A stretch of DNA of 64,000 nt from the NCBI GenBank assembly GCA_033549025.1, contig JAWSUS010000001.1:139685-203684 (forward strand). Direction: 5' to 3'. Of this stretch, positions 48,954 through 61,148 are shown piece by piece. A program made the position numbers and the translations under genes. Positions within the stretch are counted from its first letter, which is position 1. Each line of letters begins with the position of its first letter. The notes under the pieces were generated by a model. It searched no databases. It was not told the DNA's origin and saw only the letters and a program-made list of their open reading frames with translations. The DNA is from Desulfuromonadales bacterium. Lineage in GTDB: Bacteria > Desulfobacterota > Desulfuromonadia > Desulfuromonadales > SZUA-540.

Positions 48954-50843
48954 TCAGCCTGACGGATCATCCTGCTCGTCCGTTTCGGCCAATTTCAGGA
49001 TGTCATCCACCCGGACCCGCTCCAGCACCTCTTCCTCCAGCAGGGCCGCGGCCAGTCGCTCCAAGGCGGGTCTATGCCCTTCCATGATTTCTTCGGCGAC
49101 CCTTTCTCCCTCTTTGATGATCTTTTCGATCTCCTGATCGATCAGCCAGGCCATCTGTTCGCTGAAGGTCTTCTCGACCGCCAGCTTGCGCCCCAGAAAA
49201 GGGTGCTCTTCGCCCCGGCTGAAAGTAACCGGGCCGATCTTGTCGCTCATCCCCCACTGGCATACCATTTTTTCGGCCAGGTCCGTCACCTGTTTGAGAT
49301 CGCTCTGCGCCCCCGTCGACACCACACTGAAAACGGCCTTTTCCGCCGCCCGCCCGCCAAGGCTCACGGCGATGCGCGTCATCAGGTAATCCCGGGTATA
49401 GTGATAGCGGTCATCCTCGGGTAACTGCTGGGTGACACCCAGCGCATGCCCCCGCGGGATGATGGTGACCTTATGAATGGGATCGGCGCCGGGCAGCAGT
49501 TTGGCCACCAGCGTATGCCCGGCTTCATGATAGGCCGTAATTTTCTTCTCTTCTTCCGAGAGAAAAAGTTTGCGCTCGGCCCCCATGAGAATTTTGTCCT
49601 TGGCCGTTTCCAGGTGGGCCATACCGACCTGATCACGATCCTGCCGGGCCGCAATGAGAGCCGCTTCGTTGACCAGACTTTCCAGATCCGCTCCGCACAT
49701 CCCCGGTGTGCCGCGCGCGATGACCTGCAGGTCGACATCATCGGCCAGCGGCACCTTGCGGGTATGCACCTTCAGGATGGCTTCACGGGCCCGCCAGTCG
49801 GGGCGTTCCACCACAACTTGGCGATCAAAGCGGCCTGGCCGCAGCAGGGCGGGGTCAAGCACATCGGGCCGGTTGGTCGCCGACATGATGATGACTTCCT
49901 CGTGGGGCTCAAAACCGTCAAGCTCGGCCAGCAGCTGATTCAGGGTCTGTTCCCGTTCGTCATTGCCGCCCCCCAGGCCCGTACCCCGCGATCGGCCGAC
50001 GGCGTCGAGTTCATCGATAAAGATGATGCTGGGCGCGTTTTTCTTGGCGTTGGAGAACAGATCGCGCACCCGGCTGGCACCGACACCGACAAACATTTCG
50101 ATAAACTGTGAAGCCGAAATGGAGAAGAAGGGAACCCCGGCCTCACCGGCCACTGCCCTGGCCATAAGTGTCTTGCCCGTCCCCGGCGGGCCGACCAGCA
50201 GTATGCCGCGAGGCACCTTGCCGCCGAGTCGGGCGAATTTCTTGGGGGAGCGCAGAAACTCCACCACCTCCATAAGCTCCTGCTTGGCTTCGTCCAAACC
50301 GGCAACATCATCGAAGGTAACGCGCGAATGCTCCTGCGAATAGAGTTTGGCGCCCGACTTGGAGAAATTTCCCATCAAGCCACCGCCGACGCCGCCGCCC
50401 CGGTTGCGCAGCCCCTTGATTATAAACCACCAGAAGCCGATGATGAGCAGCCAGGGGATCAGGTACACAAGAACAGAAGACCAGGCCGAGGGTGTCTTGT
50501 CGGGGAGGATGTGGATCTCGACCTGACCCTTCTGCAGAAGCTCAAGCAGTTCGGGATCATCGAAAGGAGGCAGGGTGGCAGAAAATCGCGGGTAGAGGAC
50601 AGCTGAATCTGGGGCCGTTTTTTCCCCATTCAAAGCAATGGGCTCTCTGAAAACGCCCTCGATTGTCTTGTCCTGAAAGGTTATTTCCTGGATATTGCTC
50701 CGACGGGCTTCCTCCTTGAGGAGACTATAGCTGACGGCCGCAACCCGTTCCGGTTCAACCGGCGCCCGATAGATCAGATAGGCGTTGAAGACAAAGGCCA
50801 CCAGGGCCAGGATAAGAATCTGACGCCAGACAAGCTTGGGCAT
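48954..50843 (-). CDS. ftsH: ATP-dependent zinc metalloprotease FtsH
   Basis: Two TM helices, [27 protein letters not shown] and HEAGH motifs. Confidence 0.96.
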   Translation of the reverse strand: MPKLVWRQILILALVAFVFNAYLIYRAPVEPERVAAVSYSLLKEEARRSNIQEITFQDKTIEGVFREPIALNGEKTAPDSAVLYPRFSATLPPFDDPELLELLQKGQVEIHILPDKTPSAWSSVLVYLIPWLLIIGFWWFIIKGLRNRGGGVGGGLMGNFSKSGAKLYSQEHSRVTFDDVAGLDEAKQELMEVVEFLRSPKKFARLGGKVPRGILLVGPPGTGKTLMARAVAGEAGVPFFSISASQFIEMFVGVGASRVRDLFSNAKKNAPSIIFIDELDAVGRSRGTGLGGGNDEREQTLNQLLAELDGFEPHEEVIIMSATNRPDVLDPALLRPGRFDRQVVVERPDWRAREAILKVHTRKVPLADDVDLQVIARGTPGMCGADLESLVNEAALIAARQDRDQVGMAHLETAKDKILMGAERKLFLSEEEKKITAYHEAGHTLVAKLLPGADPIHKVTIIPRGHALGVTQQLPEDDRYHYTRDYLMTRIAVSLGGRAAEKAVFSVVSTGAQSDLKQVTDLAEKMVCQWGMSDKIGPVTFSRGEEHPFLGRKLAVEKTFSEQMAWLIDQEIEKIIKEGERVAEEIMEGHRPALERLAAALLEEEVLERVRVDDILKLAETDEQDDPSG

Positions 50844-50951
50844 GGTGTTCCCCGAGACTAAGCAAAAGGCAGCCAGTCAATGCGGCCTGACCTGGGCGGC
50901 AACCTTCACCCCAGGCCGACAAACAACTGGTTTCGCCTTGCAGCAGCCGTG

Positions 50952-51251
50952 TTATTCTTCTTCCGACTTGAACCAGTGTTCAAACCAAGTGCGATGGTCC
51001 TTCTCAGCCAGAATCTGCAAATCTTTGGGTCCCAGCCAGACACCGCCGCACTTTACGCATTTATCGAGCGGGACACCGCGAAATTCCATGGGAACAATTT
51101 CATGACCGCATTTGGGACAGCGATTTCGGCACAGTTCCCGAATGAGTTGTTCGCGATGCTCCTCACGCATCTTTTCAATCAATTCTTTTTCGTGTTTGTA
51201 GAAATAACTGTTCTCCAGGGCCTTTTTTCGCTCTTCCCACAGATCTGTCAT
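50952..51251 (-). CDS. Zn-ribbon (zf-TFIIB-like) protein with charged N-terminal helix
   Basis: MTDLWEERKKALENSYFYKHEKELIEKMREE...CPKCG...LDKCVKCGGVWL. Confidence 0.8.
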   Translation of the reverse strand: MTDLWEERKKALENSYFYKHEKELIEKMREEHREQLIRELCRNRCPKCGHEIVPMEFRGVPLDKCVKCGGVWLGPKDLQILAEKDHRTWFEHWFKSEEE

Positions 51252-51285
51252 AGCGCACCCCCCCAGAATCATTGGATTTTGTAAA

Positions 51286-51313
51286 AGTATAACCGAGGGG
51301 AGGTGCTTGGCAA
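51286..51313 (-). promoter_or_regulatory. Putative sigma70 promoter for the Zn-ribbon gene and ftsH
   Basis: Minus strand TTGCCA-N16-TATACT. Confidence 0.5.
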
Positions 51314-51332
51314 GGCACGCGGGACTGGAACA

Positions 51333-52274
51333 TCACTCCAGCAGACGATAATGGCCCTGCCCAAAGGAAGCACTCTTGCCGATGTTCATGAGGGCGCCAA
51401 GGCGCAGCACCCAGGCAAGGTGATTGAGAGGTGCGCCGGTCAAGGTGGTAGTGCCGACCACGCCGCCAAGATCAATAGCATGGTCCTGCCCTTCGAGCGT
51501 ACGCCAATCCTCCCAACACAGGGAAGAGTCAGACTCTTGCACCAGAGACGCCTGAGCGAGCAGCTCCCGAGGATCGTCCTCAAGTTCAACGCCGCAGTGG
51601 GAAAAAAGCATTGAGGTCACCCGACGCAGCACAAAAGGGAAAACACGGGCGAACTCCGGCCGAAACAGGGGCCGTCCACCGGAGAGCAGCCGGGCCGGCG
51701 TCAACAACTGCAGAGTGAGAGTTTGCGGCACCGCTCCAAGGCGGTCCAGCTCCCAGGCCGCCGAAGAAATAGCGGGGCACAGGGGTTCGATCGGCTGTCC
51801 CTCCCGCCAGATTTTTTTAAAATGGCCGGCCGGATCGGCCGTCTCCAAGGCAATCACGTCAAAGCTCCCCTCCCCCCGACTGATCCCCTGTCGCCCCAAC
51901 TCCTGCAGCGCCCGCAGAAAATCCCCCATGGCCGCAATCCCCTTGCCCCAGAAAACCACCGGCAGACGCAGGAGGTCACCCGCCTCATAAAGCGAGGCCT
52001 GAGTTTCTTCAGGCAACAGGGCAAAGGGGGGAGTGGGTTTCTGGTGCCGGCGACGCCCCTGAACATCGGGGCTGACGTTGGGCGAAAAGAGTTGACGAAA
52101 ACGTTCGGCCGAGCCCTCGACAGCCGCAAGGACGGAAGTCGCCTGCAGAAGTTCCCGGCGCAGTCGCAGCAGATGGGCGATAGCCAGATCGCAGGGATCC
52201 TGAAATTCCAGGACAAATATCGCCCTAGTGAATTCAGCCCTCTCCAATCCAGTGGGAATTTCCGGCAGAAACAT
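51333..52274 (-). CDS. cas6: Stand-alone Cas6-family RAMP endoribonuclease-like protein
   Basis: C-terminal glycine-rich loop IGKSASFGQG (hGxxxxxGxG), plus PTPPF, LLTPARL, LRRVTSM, WEDW and LGGVVG motifs of the Cas6 (DUF2276-type) family; AGGAG RBS. Confidence 0.82.
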   Translation of the reverse strand: MFLPEIPTGLERAEFTRAIFVLEFQDPCDLAIAHLLRLRRELLQATSVLAAVEGSAERFRQLFSPNVSPDVQGRRRHQKPTPPFALLPEETQASLYEAGDLLRLPVVFWGKGIAAMGDFLRALQELGRQGISRGEGSFDVIALETADPAGHFKKIWREGQPIEPLCPAISSAAWELDRLGAVPQTLTLQLLTPARLLSGGRPLFRPEFARVFPFVLRRVTSMLFSHCGVELEDDPRELLAQASLVQESDSSLCWEDWRTLEGQDHAIDLGGVVGTTTLTGAPLNHLAWVLRLGALMNIGKSASFGQGHYRLLE

Positions 52275-52312
52275 GGTTCATCTCCTGTTAGTCGTCGAAC
52301 CCAGAATGGCCA

Positions 52313-52341
52313 ATCATACCCGCAACCGCCGGGCATTCCAA
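52313..52341 (-). promoter_or_regulatory. Putative sigma70 promoter for the cas6-like gene
   Basis: Minus strand TTGGAA-N17-TATGAT, about 40 bp upstream of the ATG. Confidence 0.5.
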
Positions 52342-52513
52342 GCGGGAAGCACGGGAAGGGGTCTGGTGGAAACACCGTAAAGCATTTGGTTGCGCCTCCA
52401 TCTTCCTTCTGCTAAAGTTGGCCCCAAAATGAACCGGAATAGGCTCCTTTTAAAAAACCGACGACCTGTTTCCCACACGACACCATACTTTTCCCAAGGA
52501 CAACACGCATACC

Positions 52514-53632
52514 ATGCTGCAATTTGAGCTTCTGGCCCAGGACAAGCAGACGGCGGCCCGACGCGGCCGCGTCACCACCCCGCACGGCGTCATCGAGACG
52601 CCCATCTTCATGCCCGTGGGGACCCACGCCGCCCTCAAGGCCATGACGCCGGCCCAGGTCGAAGAGACCGGCGCCCAGATCATCCTGTCCAACACCTACC
52701 ACCTGCACCTCAAACCCGGCGAAGGCCTAGTGGAAAAAGCGGGCGGGCTGCACACCTTCATGAACTGGCACAAGCCGATCCTCACCGACAGCGGCGGCTT
52801 TCAGGTCTTTTCCCTGCCCAAGAAAAAAATCACCGAGGATGGCGTCTTCTTTCGCCATGAATATTCCGGTGATGAGATATTCCTTGGACCGAAAGAGGCC
52901 ATGGCCATCGAGAATGCTCTCGGCGCCGACATTATTATGGCCTTCGATGAGTGCATCCCCTACCCGGCCACCCACGACTATGCCGCCCGATCCATCAAGA
53001 AGACCCTGCGCTGGGCCGAACAGTGCCTGCAGAGCCACGGGCGCGCCGACCAGGCTCTCTTCGGCATCGTACAGGGGAGCGTCTATGAGGATCTGCGCCG
53101 TGAGTGCGCCAAAGCCCTGACGGCCATGGACTTTCCAGGCTACGCCATTGGCGGCGTCAGTGTCGGAGAGGGGCTGGAACTGCTGAAAAAGGTCGTGGAC
53201 TATACGGCTCCTTTCCTGCCGGAGAACAAGCCGCGCTACCTCATGGGGGTCGGTCTGCCCGAGGATATTTTGGAGAGCATCGAGCGCGGCATGGACATGT
53301 TCGACTGCGTCATCCCCACCCGCTACGCTCGCAGCGCCACCCTCTTTACCAGCCGCGGCAAGATACGCCTGACCAACCGCCGCTACCGCCGCGACTTCTA
53401 TCCGGTGGACCGCGCCTGCGACTGCTACTGCTGCCGCAACTTCACCCGGGCCTATCTGCACCACCTGTATAACGCCAACGAAATTCTGTCAGCGATCCTG
53501 GCGGCCATCCACAATGTCCGCTTCTATCTGACTATGGTCGAAGGTGCCCGAAAAGCGATTGAGAAGGGGGAATACCTCGATTACAAACGTGAATTCCTCG
53601 GACAGTACGGATTTAACGAAGACGGGGAATAA
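52514..53632 (+). CDS. tgt: tRNA-guanine transglycosylase
   Basis: TPIFMPVGT, NTYHL, TDSGGFQV, GIVQG, YLMGVG, DMFDCV and the CDCYCC Zn site. Confidence 0.96.
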   Translation: MLQFELLAQDKQTAARRGRVTTPHGVIETPIFMPVGTHAALKAMTPAQVEETGAQIILSNTYHLHLKPGEGLVEKAGGLHTFMNWHKPILTDSGGFQVFSLPKKKITEDGVFFRHEYSGDEIFLGPKEAMAIENALGADIIMAFDECIPYPATHDYAARSIKKTLRWAEQCLQSHGRADQALFGIVQGSVYEDLRRECAKALTAMDFPGYAIGGVSVGEGLELLKKVVDYTAPFLPENKPRYLMGVGLPEDILESIERGMDMFDCVIPTRYARSATLFTSRGKIRLTNRRYRRDFYPVDRACDCYCCRNFTRAYLHHLYNANEILSAILAAIHNVRFYLTMVEGARKAIEKGEYLDYKREFLGQYGFNEDGE

Positions 53633-53654
53633 CCGGAGCGGATAGACGGAAAGG

Positions 53655-54440
53655 ATGAGCAGCCTGGATGCGAACAAGGCCATAAGGCTCCGGCAAGCGT
53701 TGACAGCTGCGGCAGACGAGCTTTTTGCGTTGCTGCAGGAGGCCGATGGAGAGGTACTGCGCGCCACCCTCAAAAACCCTCGCCTGACAGAAGAACACCT
53801 GCTGGTTCTCCTCAAGAGACGAGATCTGCCGGAAGAGCTTCTCCAAGTAGTTTATCAGCACAAACACAGCGCCGAAAGTCATCGACTCAAATTGGCTCTG
53901 GCCCAGAACCCGGCCACACCGGGGCACCTGATGCAGACCCTGCTGCCACAGCTCTTCACCTTCGAACTGCTCAACCTCTGCGTGCTGCCGGGCACAACCA
54001 GCGACCAGAAACTGGCGGCGGAACGGGTCATCGTGCAACGGCTGCCCACTATGCCGCTGGGCCATAAAATGACCCTGGCCCGCCGGGGGACGGCTCTCAT
54101 TGTCGGTGAACTGCTCAAAGAGGGGGATACCCGACTGCTGGAGGCCTGCCTGGCCAATGCGCGCTTAAAGGAATCTGCGATTTTTCAGTTTCTGAACGGC
54201 GCCAAGGCCACGGCCGAGACCATCTCCTGCGTGGCCCGTCATCCGCGCTGGAAAAACCGCCCCAATCTGCAGATGGCTATCCTGAAGAACCGCAAAACCC
54301 CACCCATCTGGTACACGGTGCTGCTACCCCGCCTCCGGCCGACGGAGATCCGGCAGCTGCGGACCAACCCCAGCCTGAGCCCCGCCCAGCGCACCCTCAT
54401 TCAGGAAGAGATGAACAGGCGCCAAAAACGCTCTTCCTGA
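53655..54440 (+). CDS. Hypothetical Leu-rich helical-repeat protein
   Basis: Good RBS directly after tgt; recurring L..NP motifs (LKNPRL, LAQNPAT, LANARL, LKNRKT). Confidence 0.7.
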   Translation: MSSLDANKAIRLRQALTAAADELFALLQEADGEVLRATLKNPRLTEEHLLVLLKRRDLPEELLQVVYQHKHSAESHRLKLALAQNPATPGHLMQTLLPQLFTFELLNLCVLPGTTSDQKLAAERVIVQRLPTMPLGHKMTLARRGTALIVGELLKEGDTRLLEACLANARLKESAIFQFLNGAKATAETISCVARHPRWKNRPNLQMAILKNRKTPPIWYTVLLPRLRPTEIRQLRTNPSLSPAQRTLIQEEMNRRQKRSS

Positions 54441-54452
54441 TTCTTCCCCTTA

Positions 54453-55211
54453 TCAGTCAAACGCCACGATAAATCCGCTGCCGTACCCCTGTGCCACAAA
54501 ATCCCGCTGGGCCGCTTCCGCCGCCGGCAGCGTCTTGTACTGGCCGACCCGCACCCGGTAGAAGCGCTGCCCCTTCACCACCGTTTCAGCCACCGTCGCC
54601 ACGCCGTAGCGACTTTTCAGCTCGGCGGCGAACCGGCGGGCGTTCTCCGGCTGGGTGAAGGCGCCCAGCTGCACGGCATAGCTCGCCGGGGCATAGCTCA
54701 CCGGTTCACGGTACGTCACCTGGCCGGATGAACCCTTGACCTGGTAACCCAGCGCCTCGATGCGCACCGGCGCCGTGCCCGGCCCCACCACTTCCAGCTC
54801 CTTGGCGGCCGCAAAGGAGAGATCGATAATGCGACCCTTGACGAAGGGCCCGCGATCGTTGACCCGTACCACCATCTGTCGGCCGTTGTTTTTATTGTGA
54901 ACCCGTACGTAGACGCCCAGGGGCAGGGTCTTGTGGGCCGCGGTCATGGCGTACATGTCGTAGATTTCGCCATTGCTGGTCTTTTTACCGTGAAAATCCT
55001 TGCCGTACCAACTGGCCAACCCTTCTTCGATGAAACCGTGATGGGAGCTCAGGGGATCGTATCTCTCCCCGTTGACCGTGTAGGGTTTCTGATGCCCCTT
55101 CAATTCACGGGTCTGCGGTGTGTCGATCACGCGGGTATCGTAGATCGGCTGACCGGCACAGCCGGCCAACAGCCACAGGGCACCCAAAACAACAAAGAGT
55201 TCTTTCCTCAT
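54453..55211 (-). CDS. rlpA: Septal ring lytic transglycosylase lipoprotein with SPOR domain
   Basis: Lipobox LAGC, GLASWYG..FHG, TAAHKTLP, VNDRGPF, RIIDLS and VQLGAF SPOR motif. Confidence 0.94.
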   Translation of the reverse strand: MRKELFVVLGALWLLAGCAGQPIYDTRVIDTPQTRELKGHQKPYTVNGERYDPLSSHHGFIEEGLASWYGKDFHGKKTSNGEIYDMYAMTAAHKTLPLGVYVRVHNKNNGRQMVVRVNDRGPFVKGRIIDLSFAAAKELEVVGPGTAPVRIEALGYQVKGSSGQVTYREPVSYAPASYAVQLGAFTQPENARRFAAELKSRYGVATVAETVVKGQRFYRVRVGQYKTLPAAEAAQRDFVAQGYGSGFIVAFD

Positions 55212-55242
55212 GAAAACCTCGCCAGCGTGAGTCAAATAAGGA

Positions 55243-55276
55243 ACAGGGCGGTGGCCTCTGTGGCCTACCGCCCTGT
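55243..55276 (-). terminator. Stem-loop between accA and rlpA (possible terminator)
   Basis: acagggcggt (55243-55252) pairs with accgccctgt (55267-55276); the U tail is weak. Confidence 0.5.
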
Positions 55277-55323
55277 GTATTTAGCATGCTTTTTAACGGA
55301 TGGTGCTCCCCCGACCGGCCAGG

Positions 55324-56277
55324 CTATTCTACCACGCGGCTCATGGCGCGGAATTTCTGGTAGCGCTGTTCCACCAGTTCCTCCGGTGAAAGCTGGTTGA
55401 GCTCATCCAGGTGTTTCTTCAGGTATTTCTTCAGATTCTCGGCGGTGGCCTGGTGATCGTTGTGCCCCCCGCCGACGGGCTCTTCCACCACATCGTCGAT
55501 GACACATCCGAGCTCGGCGATGTCCGTCGCTGTCAGCTTCAACGCTTCGGCCGCCTGCGGTCCCTTGGTACCGTCACTCCACAGGATGGCGGCGCAGCCC
55601 TCGGGGGAGATAACGGCGTAAACCGAATATTCCATCATCAGTACCCGGTTGCCGACGGCGATGGCCAGCGCCCCGCCAGAACCCCCTTCACCCGTGATGG
55701 TGACGATAACCGGCACGGTCAAGGCCGCCATTTCCCTCAGATTGCGGGCGATGGCCTCGGCCTGGCCCCGCTCTTCGGCACCTATACCAGGAAAGGCCCC
55801 GGGCGTGTCGACGAAAGTGAAGATCGGCAGGCCGAACTGTTCCGCCATCTGCATGACGCGCAGGGCCTTGCGGTAACCTTCGGGATTGGGCATGCCGAAG
55901 TTGCGATAGACCTTTTCCTTGGTGTCCCTCCCCTTCTGATGGCCGATAACGGCACAGGGCTGTCCCTCGAACCGGGCAAAACCGCAAACCAGGGCCGGAT
56001 CGTCACGGAAATTGCGATCGCCGTGGACCTCGAACCAGTCGGTAAAAATATGCTGCACATAGTCGAGGGTAAAGGGGCGGTTGATATGCCGCGCCAACTG
56101 CGTGCGCTGCCAGCGGGTCAGATTGGAAAAGATCTCTTCGCGTAGTTTCTGGGCCTTTTTTTCCAGCTTTTTCAGATCGCTGGAAAAATCGACCTTGTCG
56201 GTGGAGTAATCACGCAGTTCGCGGATTTTCTGTTCCAGGTCGACAAGGGGCTTTTCAAAATCAAGGTAGAATTGCAT
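55324..56277 (-). CDS. accA: Acetyl-CoA carboxylase carboxyltransferase alpha subunit
   Basis: [33 protein letters not shown] and [10 protein letters not shown] motifs. Confidence 0.97.
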   Translation of the reverse strand: MQFYLDFEKPLVDLEQKIRELRDYSTDKVDFSSDLKKLEKKAQKLREEIFSNLTRWQRTQLARHINRPFTLDYVQHIFTDWFEVHGDRNFRDDPALVCGFARFEGQPCAVIGHQKGRDTKEKVYRNFGMPNPEGYRKALRVMQMAEQFGLPIFTFVDTPGAFPGIGAEERGQAEAIARNLREMAALTVPVIVTITGEGGSGGALAIAVGNRVLMMEYSVYAVISPEGCAAILWSDGTKGPQAAEALKLTATDIAELGCVIDDVVEEPVGGGHNDHQATAENLKKYLKKHLDELNQLSPEELVEQRYQKFRAMSRVVE

Positions 56278-56412
56278 AGCCACATCTCCTGACTTGTCCA
56301 TTTGGGTCGCAAGCGTCTATGTATATACCAACAAGGCCAAAATAACAATGCCTTATCGCCCGCCGGCACCAAAACCCGAGTAAAAGCCTGGATTTTCCCT
56401 AAAATTCGATCC

Positions 56413-59886
<3,474 letters not shown>

Positions 59887-59907
59887 AAATCCTCTGGTGC
59901 TAAATAG

Positions 59908-59984
59908 GTGAGGCGTGCGGTAGAGACTGAGGTGCGAGACGGCGGAATGAAGCGTTTACCTCAACCTTACTCCTGACGCCTCAC
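59908..59984. repeat. Intergenic hairpin with heptamer-type arms between maf and dnaE
   Basis: gtgaggcgt (59908-59916) pairs with acgcctcac (59976-59984); inner tgaggt/acctca; the right arm ccttac tcctgac gcctcac is heptamer-periodic. Confidence 0.6.
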
Positions 59985-59988
59985 AGGC

Positions 59989-60570
59989 TCAGATCACTTC
60001 CACGCCGAACTGGCCGAGCAGATCGACCAGCTTGATGAGCGGCAGGCCGATGAGGCTGGTGTAATCCTCCCCTTCCACCTTCTGCATGAGGGCAATGCCG
60101 AGCCCTTCAATCTTGAAGGAGCCGGCGCAGTCCACGGGATTTTCCCGCTGCACATAGCGGCTGATTTGCTCGTCGGTAAGGGTTTTGAGGGTCACCGTGC
60201 AGGTGGCGAAATCGGAAAGGGACTGGCCGTTGCTGGCATCAAAAACCGTCACCCCGGTATAAAAGGTGTGGCTGCGGCCGGCCATGGCTCGCAGCTGTTC
60301 CACCGCCTTGGCTTGGGTCATCGGTTTGCCGAGCACCTGATTGCGCGGATCAACAAAGATCTGATCCGAACCGATGATGAGCGCTTCCGGGTAGCGCTCA
60401 CGCAGGCTGTGCGCCTTGTGGTAGGCCAGGTGCTTGACCAGCAGCTCCGGCGCGATGCCTTTGTGCATCTCCTCCTTGTAGAGGGGCGCATCGGCCACAA
60501 AGGGGATTTCCAGTTGGCGGAGCAGTTGACGGCGGTAAGGGCTGGTGGAGGCCAGAACGATGGATCGCAT
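59989..60570 (-). CDS. maf: Maf-family nucleoside triphosphate pyrophosphatase (YceF-like)
   Basis: IVLASTSPYRRQLL, IGSDQ, LGKP, CAGSFKIEGLG and LIGLPL motifs. Confidence 0.93.
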   Translation of the reverse strand: MRSIVLASTSPYRRQLLRQLEIPFVADAPLYKEEMHKGIAPELLVKHLAYHKAHSLRERYPEALIIGSDQIFVDPRNQVLGKPMTQAKAVEQLRAMAGRSHTFYTGVTVFDASNGQSLSDFATCTVTLKTLTDEQISRYVQRENPVDCAGSFKIEGLGIALMQKVEGEDYTSLIGLPLIKLVDLLGQFGVEVI

Positions 60571-60659
60571 GGAGATTCCTCAGGGTAAAAATTCCTCCCC
60601 TTTTTACTCCAGCTACCGCAGAATTGCAATGGTTGAACCGGCCATTCGCGCCAATCCAA

Positions 60660-61049
60660 TCAACCCTGCCGGCACCAGCCTGGCACGTCCTCCGCGATCA
60701 GGCCCGCTGCCGAAAAGAGGGGCAAATGCACATGGGGCAGGGGCTGGCGGCCGCCTTCATCGGACCGCATCCCCCGCACCAGGGGCAGATCAAGGGCAGC
60801 CTCCACCAGGGCGGCGCGCAGCCTGTCGGCACCGCAGCGCGACAGAAAGGAAGCCGCCTCCCGGCACCCCAGCCACTGGTCGACAAAAGTCACCTCGGCC
60901 TCGCCGCCAACCTCGATAAGCACCTCCCCTTCATAGCAGCCGTCCCCCACCGTACCGCATACGCGCACGCCACGCCCGCTGCGCTCCACCGAACGAGTAT
61001 CAAAATAGACGCCCCGGCCTTCCATCTCTTCCGTCGCAATGTAAATCAT
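60660..61049 (-). CDS. Hypothetical 129-aa protein
   Basis: Strong AGGAGG RBS before ATG 61049 (MIYIATEEMEGRGVYFD...); no recognisable family. Confidence 0.65.
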   Translation of the reverse strand: MIYIATEEMEGRGVYFDTRSVERSGRGVRVCGTVGDGCYEGEVLIEVGGEAEVTFVDQWLGCREAASFLSRCGADRLRAALVEAALDLPLVRGMRSDEGGRQPLPHVHLPLFSAAGLIAEDVPGWCRQG

Positions 61050-61076
61050 CCTGTCCTCCTTCTCGGTTATGATTCC

Positions 61077-61108
61077 ATCATACCGAGCTGAGTGACAGAA
61101 TGTGTCAC
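61077..61108 (-). promoter_or_regulatory. Palindromic operator GTGACA-N5-TGTCAC, 9 bp upstream of a TATGAT -10 box
   Basis: Perfect inverted repeat at 61092-61097 and 61103-61108; -10 element at 61082-61077 on the minus strand. Confidence 0.65.
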
Positions 61109-61148
61109 ACAGTTTCGACCACACAAAAAGGGAAAAAACTGTTGATTC

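Noticed and set aside
50845..50854. GTGTTCCCCG resembles the start of a type I-E CRISPR repeat
   Set aside because: Only 10 nt match, single copy, no matching stem; it is simply the reverse complement of the ftsH ribosome-binding region.
52318..52378. cccgcaaccg...gggaagg and a GGTG-GAAA-CACC hairpin suggested a cobalamin riboswitch or ncRNA upstream of tgt
   Set aside because: The other conserved riboswitch elements are missing, and the segment is explained by the minus-strand cas6 promoter; an Rfam scan would settle it.
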